Shown: positions 1 through 9,101 of the stretch, one piece after another
How the letters are laid out: every line of letters begins with the position of its first letter
Position numbering within the stretch: the first letter of the stretch is position 1
Virus record (IMG/VR): IMGVR_UViG_3300023296_000894
Coordinates: 1 to 27,665 of that record
Length of the DNA stretch: 27,665 bases
DNA from: a virus
Taxonomy: Duplodnaviria; Caudoviricetes
Strand: one strand, 5' to 3'
Notes under the pieces: model-generated
What the model saw: the letters and a program-made list of their open reading frames with translations, nothing else
Databases searched by the model: none
What the model was told of the DNA's origin: nothing
Translations under genes and position numbers: made by a program

Positions 1-460
1 CTTTGATAGGCGTAGCTTTTGCTTTCTTAGCCATTGTAAGAAAGTCATTTATGTTAATTAGCTGGCCAGCTTTTTTAAATCTAGCACCGGTAGCGATACC
101 CAACGCAATTTCGCCAATGTCGCCTATGTTGTAATCAGCCTCTTTGCCTTTGATAGCAGGACTTTTGTAAATTCTACCAATTGTAATTTTTTGGTCGTCG
201 ATAGTGTGTAATCTAATTTTTTTAATTAATTCAATTTGTTCAGGAGTCGCTGTGTCTGATCCATCCCAAATTTCGGCTAGGTTATCTGCTACAGCTTGTG
301 GATTTTTTAATTCAATGCGTACTTCACCATTGTCAATAGGAATAGGTGTACCTTGCTCAATAAGTTCAATAAGATTGATCCAGTACTCTGGATTTCTCTT
401 GCCAAAATCCGCAACACTTAACGTAGCTTCATTAATAATTTTAATTTCGGTGTATCGCAT
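1..460 (-). CDS. Hypothetical phage protein, 3'-truncated by the window edge (MRYTEIKIINEATLSVADFG...); possibly late/virion
   Basis: Manually translated open frame from ATG at 460 to the edge. AGGA RBS and an ATAAATA late-promoter-like motif lie upstream. Not in the ORF track. Confidence 0.7.
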   Translation of the reverse strand, partial: MRYTEIKIINEATLSVADFGKRNPEYWINLIELIEQGTPIPIDNGEVRIELKNPQAVADNLAEIWDGSDTATPEQIELIKKIRLHTIDDQKITIGRIYKSPAIKGKEADYNIGDIGEIALGIATGARFKKAGQLININDFLTMAKKAKATPIK

Positions 461-483
461 TGCTTATTTCCTATTTTATATAT

Positions 484-1170
484 TTATTCAATATCAGGAA
501 ACAAACATTCTTGTACGAAGACTCTTACATCTTCTTCGTTTAAACCTAAACTGACCATTGTACGAGGAGTATGAGGATTCTGTTTTTGATAATGTGCATA
601 ACGGTTTTGTGCAGCTTTGACTTCGTCTATGTCTGCTTGATTATTAAATAATCCAATCTTGGATAGATAGGCATCAATGCTGTCAAAACTAAGTTCTACC
701 AGCTGATCCAATTCATCTGTTTTGCTGACATTGCCTGCTGCTACCATGTGTTCACTAAAGATTGCTTGCGCCCACTCAGGTAGTTCACGCTGTTTGCGCC
801 ATTCTAGTTTAGCAACTTCGTCACCAAATGCTTCAATCATAGGATGTGCTGCATCAGTGCTTCTACTGTAGTCGTGGAAGAATCCTGTAATCTTGTTTTT
901 ACCAGCAATAACATCCAGTCCAAAAATAGGACCGTTGTTGTCCAGTCTTGGAAATACACAACAATGCATCATCCACAGTCCCTTAGTATCACGTACATCA
1001 ACTACATCAATGTGGGCACGGCGATAGTTGTCACTGCTCCATACTCTGTTGATCCAGCCTGGTTGATTAAATCTGTCCATACCCGGTTCAAATACTTCTG
1101 TACCAGTAGCGTCAAAGCGTTCTATTAAACGATCTTGTATTTTGATCAATGTATCCCAAACTTCACTCAC
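484..1170 (-). CDS. pcyX: Ferredoxin-dependent bilin reductase, PcyX type
   Basis: Motifs EPGMDRFN, RRAHIDVVD, GLWMMHCCVFP, PIFGLDVIAG, FHDYS, LPEWAQAIFS, QNRY..YQKQNPHT. Directly downstream of heme oxygenase. Probable start is GTG at 1170 (GAGGAG RBS, overlaps hemO stop) rather than 1185. Confidence 0.9.
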   Translation of the reverse strand: MSEVWDTLIKIQDRLIERFDATGTEVFEPGMDRFNQPGWINRVWSSDNYRRAHIDVVDVRDTKGLWMMHCCVFPRLDNNGPIFGLDVIAGKNKITGFFHDYSRSTDAAHPMIEAFGDEVAKLEWRKQRELPEWAQAIFSEHMVAAGNVSKTDELDQLVELSFDSIDAYLSKIGLFNNQADIDEVKAAQNRYAHYQKQNPHTPRTMVSLGLNEEDVRVFVQECLFPDIE

Positions 1171-1702
1171 TGTCCAACTCCTCAAAAAGTTTCATAGCAA
1201 ACTCAAAACAGATATTTGCTTCGTCTGCCATTTCATCTGTGAGCATGGATCTAACGGTGACTTTAAGTTGTTCTACATTTTCAAAATCGTACATTGTGCC
1301 TGACCCAGGATTGCGTTTACGAATCATCTGACCACCATACATATCACCAAAGTGACGAACATAAAGATGTGCTAATATGTCATGAGTTTCATCTAGATCC
1401 ATGACATAAGCAATGTAGCTACTCGCAGTTGGACATAACAAGTCGATATTGCGCTGAATATTGTATGTTGTTTCTAGTTCTTCTATGTCATTGCGAATAG
1501 CTGCTGCTCGACAAATGTCTTCAATGCCTGTTAGAACACCTTTGTTACCTGCAACACTTTCTAATGCAGCATATTGCACATATTGATTGTAAATGTATCT
1601 ATGGTATTCTACTGGAGTCATACCCTTGAGAAGTTTACGTGCATGTTCCGTACGCTCTGCCTTTTGATGGTTTTCCCAAGTCAAATCTTTTAGTTTATTC
1701 AT
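1163..1702 (-). CDS. hemO: Heme oxygenase
   Basis: LKDLTWENHQKAE (proximal His) and AHLYVRHFGDMYGGQMI distal-helix motif. Confidence 0.93.
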   Translation of the reverse strand: MNKLKDLTWENHQKAERTEHARKLLKGMTPVEYHRYIYNQYVQYAALESVAGNKGVLTGIEDICRAAAIRNDIEELETTYNIQRNIDLLCPTASSYIAYVMDLDETHDILAHLYVRHFGDMYGGQMIRKRNPGSGTMYDFENVEQLKVTVRSMLTDEMADEANICFEFAMKLFEELDSE

Positions 1703-2007
1703 GCGTCTTCTTCTACCTTAAGACGCAACGGAAATCCGTTGTCTCGAGACAATGTAGTTGCTTCAATGGCTTTTTGTTCAGCAATTTCATAACTATAAAT
1801 ACCAACTACTCCAGAACCTTCTTCGTGAATTTGTACCGTGATGTTGTTAGCACTTTGCTCGCTGTGTTTAAAGAATTCGATCAACAATGATACAACAAAA
1901 TCCATCGGGGTTTTGTCGTCATTTAGCATAATAACTTTGTATCTCTTAGGCTCTTTATTAGTTACTTTAATTTTTTCGTTGATTACTACGTCAGTGTTTG
2001 TACTCAT
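1699..2007 (-). CDS. clpS: ATP-dependent Clp protease adaptor ClpS
   Basis: YKVIMLNDDKTPMDFVV...IHEEGSGVVGIYSYEIAEQK...GFPLRLKVE. Confidence 0.95.
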   Translation of the reverse strand: MSTNTDVVINEKIKVTNKEPKRYKVIMLNDDKTPMDFVVSLLIEFFKHSEQSANNITVQIHEEGSGVVGIYSYEIAEQKAIEATTLSRDNGFPLRLKVEEDA

Positions 2008-2025
2008 TTTTTAATCCTTTTAATG

Positions 2026-2048
2026 ATGGGGGGATGTTATCCCCCCAT
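2026..2048. terminator. GC-rich hairpin after hsp20 (terminator or processing stem)
   Basis: ATGGGGGGAT-gtt-ATCCCCCCAT perfect 10-bp inverted repeat; weak U-tract. Confidence 0.5.
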
Positions 2049-2055
2049 GACTTAG

Positions 2056-2517
2056 TTAGCCTTCAATTGTGTCTTGTACAATACCGTTAAAGTCTGTAAT
2101 TGCAATCTTCTTTGGTTGTAGTTCTTCTGGAACATTGCGTACCAAATGAATATTAAGCATACCTAGTTCAAGACCTGCTTGGCGAACTTCGATATGATCT
2201 GCTAGTGTAAAGGTCCTACGGAAGTTGCGACCTCCGATTCCTTTGTGTAGATAGTTTACTGCTTCATCACCCTTGGGTGCAACACCTTCTACTGTGAGCA
2301 GATTCTTTTCCAGTGTGATATCTAGATTGTCCATACCAAAGCCTGCAACGGCAACACTGATCATGTATTCGTCTTCGTTGATCTGTACAATGTTGTATGG
2401 GGGATATCCGTTAGACTTTGTGTTTTCAAATACACGATCCATATCACGGAACAGTTGATCAAAACCTATAGTAGCACGATGTAGCGAGGGCAGATCTAGA
2501 GTTTGTAATCTTGTCAT
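2056..2517 (-). CDS. Small heat-shock protein Hsp20 (IbpA-like)
   Basis: IGFDQLF, YPPYNI, AVAGF, YLHKGIGGRNFRRTFTLAD, GMLNIHL, PEELQPKKI. Start at MTRLQ (2517) after an AGGAG RBS. Confidence 0.95.
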   Translation of the reverse strand: MTRLQTLDLPSLHRATIGFDQLFRDMDRVFENTKSNGYPPYNIVQINEDEYMISVAVAGFGMDNLDITLEKNLLTVEGVAPKGDEAVNYLHKGIGGRNFRRTFTLADHIEVRQAGLELGMLNIHLVRNVPEELQPKKIAITDFNGIVQDTIEG

Positions 2518-2577
2518 TTCATTTCTCCTTTTAAAGCAAGATATAATCGGACCCATTATGGCGTCCATATTTATTTA

Positions 2578-3252
2578 TCATTTGCCTATTGTACTAGATT
2601 CATACACTGAATTATGAGTTTGAGTACAGCGTATAAATGTTGTACATTTAGGCAGTTGCTTGATTGTACCGGCACCTACATAAGTACAAGTCGAACGGAC
2701 ACCTCCGAGGATATCCTGTACCGTATTGGCTACAGCACCTCTGTAAGGCACAAGCACTGTGCGTCCTTCTGACGAACGATAGTTTTTCAATCCGCCAAAA
2801 TGCTTGTCGTTTGCACTTTCACTGCTCATACCGTAGAACTGTACAAACTGTTTTGCTTCTACTAATTCTTCGCCGGTGTCATAGTGTATTTCACCAGTCT
2901 TAAATGCTCTGTTGATAATTTCGCCACCGCCTTCATCGTGTCCGGCAAGCATACCACCTGCCATTACAAAGTCTGCACCAGCAGCAAATGCTTTGGCTAC
3001 ATCGCCAGGGCAAGTGCAACCGCCATCAGCAATGATATGTCCACCAAGACCGTGAGCAGCATCGGCACATTCGATGACAGCTGAGAGTTGCGGGTAGCCC
3101 ACACCAGTCTGCAATCTCGTCGTGCATACGCTATTATGTACCACTACACCCTCGATATTGTATGAATGATCTTCTTCGACTTCAAGATCATATGTGTATC
3201 CATCATATGGTTCAATTTCAAGTATATCTATTTCAACTAATTCAAATTTCAT
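2578..3252 (-). CDS. guaC: Split intein C-part (40 aa) fused to the C-terminal half of GMP reductase
   Basis: MKFELVEI...[20 protein letters not shown]|[19 protein letters not shown]...[21 protein letters not shown]...FYGMSS. Confidence 0.93.
   Translation of the reverse strand: MKFELVEIDILEIEPYDGYTYDLEVEEDHSYNIEGVVVHNSVCTTRLQTGVGYPQLSAVIECADAAHGLGGHIIADGGCTCPGDVAKAFAAGADFVMAGGMLAGHDEGGGEIINRAFKTGEIHYDTGEELVEAKQFVQFYGMSSESANDKHFGGLKNYRSSEGRTVLVPYRGAVANTVQDILGGVRSTCTYVGAGTIKQLPKCTTFIRCTQTHNSVYESSTIGK
3133..3252 (-). mobile_element. Split intein C-fragment (IMPDH-1-like), ends His-Asn, +1 residue Ser
   Basis: Block F (TYDLEV..DHSY) and block G (VVHN) followed by Ser. Confidence 0.92.
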
Positions 3253-4069
3253 CTAAAATACTCCAGTCATTTTCTTTAATTTGTGATTCCCATATAACGA
3301 GATATCTATATCCGTTATCTTCTGCTAATTTTTGTTTTACGATATCGCGTTGCTTTTTATATTCTTGTCGTTCTGTTAATATATTATACACTTCGGGGTT
3401 CCCGTGCCAAAAATCTCCGTGAACCTCTAAAACAATATTGCTATTTATTAAAAAATCATACTGTGCTTTATTATGTAAAATGAAGTTATACTTAAAATTG
3501 ACGCCTAACTCTTGTAACTTTTGTTCTGTTGTTTTTTCTATTTTAGTTTTTTTAGGTCTACTATTAACAGATTTTATTCCCATTAATGAATAATATTCTT
3601 TAGGACGTTTGCCTACAGTTTTCATAAATTCGGACTGTTTCTTTTTAAATTCATCAGTATGAGTTTTTCCATAAAATCCGTTATCATTGCCATAGCGAGC
3701 ACATTTTTGGCGAAGTATTTCTTTGGTCTCGTCCGTGTGTGTTTTTCCATAGAACGCATTATTTTCGCCAACAAATCGATCCTTCATAAAATGCGATTGC
3801 TGTTTTTTTGTTTCCGTAGTATGATTTTTACCATAAAACGGATTACTTTCACCTACTTTGTTGCAACTTTGGCACATATATTCGTTTTTTAATAATGCCG
3901 ATCTAAAACCTACCTGCGTTAATGATTTACATTTATAACATCTGATTTCTATTTTGCCTAAATCACCGGAAGAAAGTTTCTCTCCATTTTCAAAGTAGGC
4001 AAAATTGTTTCTGCCTACTTTTTCAAATTTTATAATTTCCACACAATTTTTAAACATTTTAGATTTCAT
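3242..4069 (-). CDS. Free-standing homing endonuclease: Zn ribbon, three NUMOD3-like repeats and a Vsr/DUF559-like nuclease domain
   Basis: CYKC..CQSC; three N.FYGK.HT.E.K repeats; YDF....[11 protein letters not shown]...RD..KQ..A...[12 protein letters not shown]. Sits between the two intein halves. Confidence 0.88.
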   Translation of the reverse strand: MKSKMFKNCVEIIKFEKVGRNNFAYFENGEKLSSGDLGKIEIRCYKCKSLTQVGFRSALLKNEYMCQSCNKVGESNPFYGKNHTTETKKQQSHFMKDRFVGENNAFYGKTHTDETKEILRQKCARYGNDNGFYGKTHTDEFKKKQSEFMKTVGKRPKEYYSLMGIKSVNSRPKKTKIEKTTEQKLQELGVNFKYNFILHNKAQYDFLINSNIVLEVHGDFWHGNPEVYNILTERQEYKKQRDIVKQKLAEDNGYRYLVIWESQIKENDWSILDEI

Positions 4070-4403
4070 ATCCTACTCCAATAGCAACTTTTATAGTGTT
4101 ATATTTATGCTTTAGAAGTAAATAATCCTTTGTTAAATCTTTTGCTTCGACCCATTCTGCATATTGATGAATATTATCATCTGTTACTGTTTCTCGATGT
4201 TTTTTATGTAAAACATAAAACTCGTGATTAGGAGTTGCTTTAATACCATTAATATTAACTATTGATTTTTTATCGTCAAATTTAAATGTATTAGTAACAG
4301 TTTTATAAGATCCAGTGTGAGTTAAAACTTTTTCACCTTGTTTAATATCTTCGATATTCTTTAAACATTTATCAGTCTTAACTTTTTGCCCAGGAGCAAA
4401 ACA
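4059..4403 (-). mobile_element. Split intein N-fragment
   Basis: Block A CFAPGQKV, IEDIKQGEKVLTHTG, block B ATPNHEFY, WVEAKDL, then a stop codon. Confidence 0.92.
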
Positions 4404-4985
4404 TCCAGGACCAATGCCCACCTTAATAATATCTGCTCCAGCAAGAATAAGTTCCTCCGTCATTTCTCTTGTAACCACATTACCTGCTATAATAACAAGA
4501 TGTGGAAAGCGTTTGCGTACTTCACGAACATGTTCAGCAAAGTGTTCTGAATATCCATTTGCAATGTCAATGCAAACATATTTTAGATTGTCTTCACATT
4601 TAGCATACACAGCGCACAGTTTCTCAAAGTCTGCTGTGCTGGTGCCTATGCTCATAGCCACATAGTCTGTGCGATTAAGTCCGTCACCGTAGAAAAACTC
4701 AATCAGTTCTTCCGCAGTGTAGGTTTTTACAAGGCAGGTAAAGATACCTTGTGCGCCCAACTCATCTGCCATAGCAAATGTGCCGACACCGTCCATGTTA
4801 GCAGCCATGATAGGTACACCTCGATAGTGAGGGTCTTCTGAGCAGTTGTCAGGGAAGTCTGGAATGTAATTTCTAAAATTTGTTTTACGTTCTAGACTAA
4901 CTTCACTACGACTTTTAAGTGTGCTGCGCTTGGGCCGGATCAGCACATCCTTGTAGTCTAATTTTACTTCGGACTCTAATTGCAT
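4059..4985 (-). CDS. guaC: N-terminal half of GMP reductase (194 aa) fused to split intein N-part (114 aa)
   Basis: KLDYKDVLIRPKRSTLKSRS, AANMDGVGTF, DIANGYSEHF, AGNVVT, GADIIKVGIGPG|CFAPG. Confidence 0.93.
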   Translation of the reverse strand: MQLESEVKLDYKDVLIRPKRSTLKSRSEVSLERKTNFRNYIPDFPDNCSEDPHYRGVPIMAANMDGVGTFAMADELGAQGIFTCLVKTYTAEELIEFFYGDGLNRTDYVAMSIGTSTADFEKLCAVYAKCEDNLKYVCIDIANGYSEHFAEHVREVRKRFPHLVIIAGNVVTREMTEELILAGADIIKVGIGPGCFAPGQKVKTDKCLKNIEDIKQGEKVLTHTGSYKTVTNTFKFDDKKSIVNINGIKATPNHEFYVLHKKHRETVTDDNIHQYAEWVEAKDLTKDYLLLKHKYNTIKVAIGVGYEI

Positions 4986-4991
4986 TACATT

Positions 4992-5225
4992 TTACCAGTT
5001 CTGAAAATCTTTGATTCTTTGCTTTTTAAGGCGGCGTGTGGCAGCTTCTTTTGCTTTACGGCGCTTTGTGCCTTTGGATTCGTAGAACTCTCTTGAACGG
5101 AGTTCTTGCAGCATTCCGTCATCAGCGAGGCGCTTTTTTAGTTTGCGAAGCGCCTTAGCAATGTCATTGTTGTATACATCAACTTTGGTTCCTTTAGAAA
5201 ATTGTTCTTTAGCGTGTTTGCTCAT
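4992..5225 (-). CDS. rpsU: 30S ribosomal protein bS21
   Basis: VDVYNNDIAKALRKLKKRL...LQELRSREFYESKGTKRRKAKEAATRR. Start at 5225 after a GGAGG RBS. Confidence 0.88.
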   Translation of the reverse strand: MSKHAKEQFSKGTKVDVYNNDIAKALRKLKKRLADDGMLQELRSREFYESKGTKRRKAKEAATRRLKKQRIKDFQNW

Positions 5226-5601
5226 TTGTTCCTCCAATGATATTTTCAAGCAAAATAAAATCATAAATTCTATTCTTGCTTATTAAATTATACGGCGTTG
5301 TGCCGTCGTTTGTCAAGTAAAAAGTGTTTGGTTGCGCAATAAAATGTGATAGAAACATTCTCACCTCAGGCCCACAATTATCAACATCAATAAGTGTAAC
5401 ATCAACTTTTTTTATTAAGTTGATCAGCCATTCAATGTTATCGAATGCAGTTTCATACAGATATAGGTTCAAATGAATCTGTGTTTCGCTTAATATATTG
5501 TTGAGTAACTGTTTTTTATCTGTGGTTGGACATACAACAAGTATGCTGTATGCATCGTTGTTTAATATGTCTGGCGGTGTAATTATTGTAACATCATTCA
5601 T
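5209..5601 (-). CDS. Hypothetical protein
   Basis: 130-aa ORF overlapping both neighbours in operon fashion. Confidence 0.7.
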   Translation of the reverse strand: MNDVTIITPPDILNNDAYSILVVCPTTDKKQLLNNILSETQIHLNLYLYETAFDNIEWLINLIKKVDVTLIDVDNCGPEVRMFLSHFIAQPNTFYLTNDGTTPYNLISKNRIYDFILLENIIGGTNEQTR

Positions 5602-7309
5602 CTTTAGATCTTATACGGTTCCACAAACTATTAGGACTTTGTTCGCTGTTTTGAACATAACTTACCCATGGTAGTTCGTCTATTTTACCCTTTATATATT
5701 GATCTTTCCAAAACTTAATGTTCTGATCTGGATTTAACGATTTCCAGTCTTGCTTTGCATTTTTATAACCTTCATCCTGCTCGAGTAGTTCTAATTCTTG
5801 ATGTCGTTGTGTTTCGTTGTCATCCATTCTGCTGGAAGAGTCTCCTCCATTATATTGGGCTCCAGTTGTGATATGTACAATTTCGTCGGTGTTGTTTTCT
5901 TTGTCGGCACCGCCGGCAGCACCACTACTGTATTCGTCTGGACTTTCTGCTGGTGCAGATAACTCATGTTCATCAGAGCTGTTAAGTGATTGATCATTTT
6001 GTTTTTCTTCCTGCAAGTAATTATTTCTACTAATTATTGCTTGTATTTTTTTATCCGTCTCTTCCTTTTCGAGCTGGATACGTTGATTTTCTTCAGCAAC
6101 AAGTGCTGCTTTAGCTCGTAGTTTAGATTCCCTACGTATTTCAAATGTCTGTTGGCTAGCTATCAACAGTAACACTGCCAATGGATCAAATACAAATATG
6201 ATTATAAGTATAACCCATCTTACTGCTTCTTCTAATAAATTATCATTTGCTGATTGTCCATATATAAATTCCGCAAGGTACTTTACTGGCCCTACTTCTG
6301 CTTCCAGCTTTCTGTATTCTATTTGTAAAGTATACTTTTGTTCTTCGAGTGTGTCTATGTTAGTGTTTGCCTGAACAATTATATTTTGCTGTTCGTTGAC
6401 TGAGTTTGCAATAGCTTGAATATCCTCGGTGCCCAGCTGTTCTCTCAGTCGGGCAATTAGCTTATCACTGTCTGCAATTTGCTGTTCTGCTATACTGCGC
6501 AATCTAGCAATTTCATTTCTAGCAGCTTGAACATCAGTTTGTGGGGTTGTTCTGATTTGATCAGCTTGGTTTAATAATTCGTTGCGTTTAGATTCTTCAG
6601 TGTTCCTGTACTCTTGTATTCTAGCACTGGTAGACGGACCTAATGATCCGTCTTGTTTTGCTCCTACTATGCCTTGCGCAATTGTTATTTCATTGTTTGT
6701 TAATGCTAGATTCAAGTTAGTTAACGCATTTCCTATTGTAGAAGCTTGTGCCAACAATGGCTCTATACGATTTTCCAATGCTTGTTCTGCTTTTGCAATA
6801 ATTTCAAGTTGTTCGTCAATTGCAGGTTGTATTCGATCATAAGCACTGTCTATTCTTGTTTGCTCTGCATCAATTTTTGCTTGCAGTTCTGCATCGTTAT
6901 TAGAGCCTTTTGATTCTATATCCGATATTCTCTGCTCTGCTCGCTGGATGATTTCCAGTTGTCTAGCAACATCTGTATCAATACGTTCAATTTGTGCAAG
7001 GCCTTCGGTGGCGTTTGCGGTTTGTTCAATGTGTGCTTTAGATAGGAAACCAAAAATTCCCATACTGGTAATCAGCATCAATACTACAACAGATACACTA
7101 AGATACCCTTTAAGCCACCATTTGGCTTCATTCCAGTAGTGGTGTAGCCATACTGCGGTCACCAGCTTGGCTACTTCTAAAGTAGTGCCCATGATCATGA
7201 TAGGAACAGCCGCAGCAGCAAATATTGCAACCAAGCCTGCAACTGAGTAATAGATTGCAACAGCACTGATACTTAGTGCTGTTATTAGTGTTAATATACC
7301 TAATATCAT
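5594..7309 (-). CDS. Membrane-anchored coiled-coil protein with a possible peptidoglycan-binding motif
   Basis: About three N-terminal hydrophobic segments, a long heptad-rich region, QGIVGAKQDGSLGPSTSARI motif, a further TM segment (WVILIIIFVFDPLAVLLLIA) and an acidic tail. Confidence 0.75.
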   Translation of the reverse strand: MILGILTLITALSISAVAIYYSVAGLVAIFAAAAVPIMIMGTTLEVAKLVTAVWLHHYWNEAKWWLKGYLSVSVVVLMLITSMGIFGFLSKAHIEQTANATEGLAQIERIDTDVARQLEIIQRAEQRISDIESKGSNNDAELQAKIDAEQTRIDSAYDRIQPAIDEQLEIIAKAEQALENRIEPLLAQASTIGNALTNLNLALTNNEITIAQGIVGAKQDGSLGPSTSARIQEYRNTEESKRNELLNQADQIRTTPQTDVQAARNEIARLRSIAEQQIADSDKLIARLREQLGTEDIQAIANSVNEQQNIIVQANTNIDTLEEQKYTLQIEYRKLEAEVGPVKYLAEFIYGQSANDNLLEEAVRWVILIIIFVFDPLAVLLLIASQQTFEIRRESKLRAKAALVAEENQRIQLEKEETDKKIQAIISRNNYLQEEKQNDQSLNSSDEHELSAPAESPDEYSSGAAGGADKENNTDEIVHITTGAQYNGGDSSSRMDDNETQRHQELELLEQDEGYKNAKQDWKSLNPDQNIKFWKDQYIKGKIDELPWVSYVQNSEQSPNSLWNRIRSKDE

Positions 7310-7347
7310 TGTGTATTTATTGTTTCATTTTTTGAATTTTATGCGTA

Positions 7348-7728
7348 CTAATTTCTACGCATTTCCGCAATGTCTTTTGCGTCTTGTTTTTTATCTGCAA
7401 AGATTGGTACCATGTTACTCTTGTGCATAGTAGCCACGCCCAACAATTGCCGCTCGCCACTGTAGATCATTGACTCTCTAGCCTTGCCATGACCAGCTAC
7501 ATTATTACTCAGCTTAACTGACGACTTTGTTTTGTAATCTGGAATTTCATTAATGCCTACACGCTCTCCCTTGGCGTTGGTAGGCAGTGTTGTTTTACCT
7601 ACACCCATTGACTTGAGCCAAGCTTCATGGTCTGTTTGTGCTTGAGAAAGACGCTTGCTTTTGCTGGCTTTTTGCTTGCGATTGTATTTGGTTGTGGTCA
7701 GATACGGTCCTACCATAGACATTGTCAT
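7348..7728 (-). CDS. Hypothetical basic phage protein
   Basis: 126-aa ORF with its own sigma70-like promoter and AGGAG RBS. Confidence 0.75.
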   Translation of the reverse strand: MTMSMVGPYLTTTKYNRKQKASKSKRLSQAQTDHEAWLKSMGVGKTTLPTNAKGERVGINEIPDYKTKSSVKLSNNVAGHGKARESMIYSGERQLLGVATMHKSNMVPIFADKKQDAKDIAEMRRN

Positions 7729-7753
7729 AGAAAACTCCTGCTGTTATTTTTAT

Positions 7754-7782
7754 ACAATAGCAGGAGTTTAATCGGTTGTCAA
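7754..7782 (-). promoter_or_regulatory. Sigma70-like promoter
   Basis: TTGACA-17 nt-TATTGT. Confidence 0.7.
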
Positions 7783-8243
7783 GTGTTTACTGCATCAATC
7801 TGTTCTTGTGTTACAATACCTTCGTTAACAAGGCGAACCCTGTTTGCAAGATGTGCAGATTCGATCAATGCTTTATTTTCTGCATTGTACACTACTGCAT
7901 GTCCTTCTTTGAGCAATATATCACATACACTTATTTCGTTGCGTGGTCCCCAGTTTATTATGTGTACAATGTCTCCTATGATTCTACCGAATTTACCTTT
8001 TGAATCATAAGCAGTTGTTCTTAAATATCGAACTGATCCAACTGGACATAGTTCTTCTACTTTAGATTTAGCAAGTAGACCAAATATCTTTTCTACACCG
8101 TCACTGGTTCGTGATTCCGGAGCGTCAATTCCACTTAGTCGTACTCTTTCATCTTTTAACCATACTCCAAACCCTAGATCAATATCTACATCCACGGTAT
8201 CGCCGTCGACTACTCGTATTATTTTACATCTGTACTCGTACAT
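7779..8243 (-). CDS. Thermonuclease (SNase-like) family protein
   Basis: RVVDGDTVDVDIDLGF...RVRLSGIDAPESRT...GKFGRIIG. Confidence 0.9.
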   Translation of the reverse strand: MYEYRCKIIRVVDGDTVDVDIDLGFGVWLKDERVRLSGIDAPESRTSDGVEKIFGLLAKSKVEELCPVGSVRYLRTTAYDSKGKFGRIIGDIVHIINWGPRNEISVCDILLKEGHAVVYNAENKALIESAHLANRVRLVNEGIVTQEQIDAVNT

Positions 8244-8264
8244 TTTGATATATTCTTTCTAAAA

Positions 8265-9101
8265 TTAAAGCCATTTAGGTTTCTTGATTTTCTTAAACGG
8301 TTTGGCAATAGCATCACCAGCTTTTTTACCAGTATCTACTACTTTATCAGCTGCTTTAGTTGTTTCTTTAGCCACCGTATTTGCTGCTTTAGTTGTTTCT
8401 TTCGCAGTTTCATTTGCTACATTAACTATTTCTTTCTGAGCTGGCTTTGTATCTACACTAACACTAAGGTCAACATCAACTCCAGCCAGCAAAGCAACTT
8501 CACCACTTACTCCTACAGTAGCAACACCGTTATCCATAGTTGCGCCGCCGCCAACTTCAGCACCTGCTTGAACACCGATACTTACACCACCAGTTGCAGC
8601 ACCACCATTGCCACTGCTGTCATAAGCACTCGATGTATTGTCAACACCAACACTTGCTCCTGCTGTAGCACCAGCATGACCTGCTGCACCATCTTTACCG
8701 ATTTGCGCCGATGCACCGGCACTTGCTCCTGCTTCTGCATGAACTGCGGTTTCGTTCTTAACTGTCACATCACCGACTTGTTGACTTACACTTGCGCTTG
8801 CTTCTGCACTTGCGCCAACTTCTGCGCCCGCTTCAGCATAAGCATTGCCGCCACTTACACCCGCTTGTGCTCCTGCACTTGCATGTGCTTCTGCGCTTGC
8901 TCCTGCTTCTACAGTAGTATCACCGTAGGCTGCACTTGTGCCAGCTTCTGCACTTACGCCGGCCTCTGCACTTGCTGCGGCAGTTGTAGCAGTTACTTCT
9001 GTGCCTGCACTTGCATGTGCTTCAGCGCTGGCGTGTGCTTCAACGTCGACGCCGCCTACAGTTGTTTCTGCACTTGTACTTGCTTCTACTTTATCATTCA
9101 T
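8265..9101 (-). CDS. Ala/Gly-rich repetitive protein
   Basis: 278 aa with recurring ASAEAHASAG / GASAEA units and a twice-repeated AKETTKAA near the C-terminus. Confidence 0.75.
   Translation of the reverse strand: MNDKVEASTSAETTVGGVDVEAHASAEAHASAGTEVTATTAAASAEAGVSAEAGTSAAYGDTTVEAGASAEAHASAGAQAGVSGGNAYAEAGAEVGASAEASASVSQQVGDVTVKNETAVHAEAGASAGASAQIGKDGAAGHAGATAGASVGVDNTSSAYDSSGNGGAATGGVSIGVQAGAEVGGGATMDNGVATVGVSGEVALLAGVDVDLSVSVDTKPAQKEIVNVANETAKETTKAANTVAKETTKAADKVVDTGKKAGDAIAKPFKKIKKPKWL

Noticed and set aside
3655-3850. Three roughly 80-bp spaced repeats
   Set aside because: They encode NUMOD3-like DNA-binding repeats of the endonuclease.
2578-4985. IMP dehydrogenase (guaB) call
   Set aside because: The extein motifs and the lack of a CBS subdomain match GMP reductase.
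8700-9085. CRISPR-like or other DNA repeat array (GCACTTGCATGTGCTTC recurrences)
   Set aside because: The repeats are irregular, in frame, and explained by Ala-rich protein repeats.
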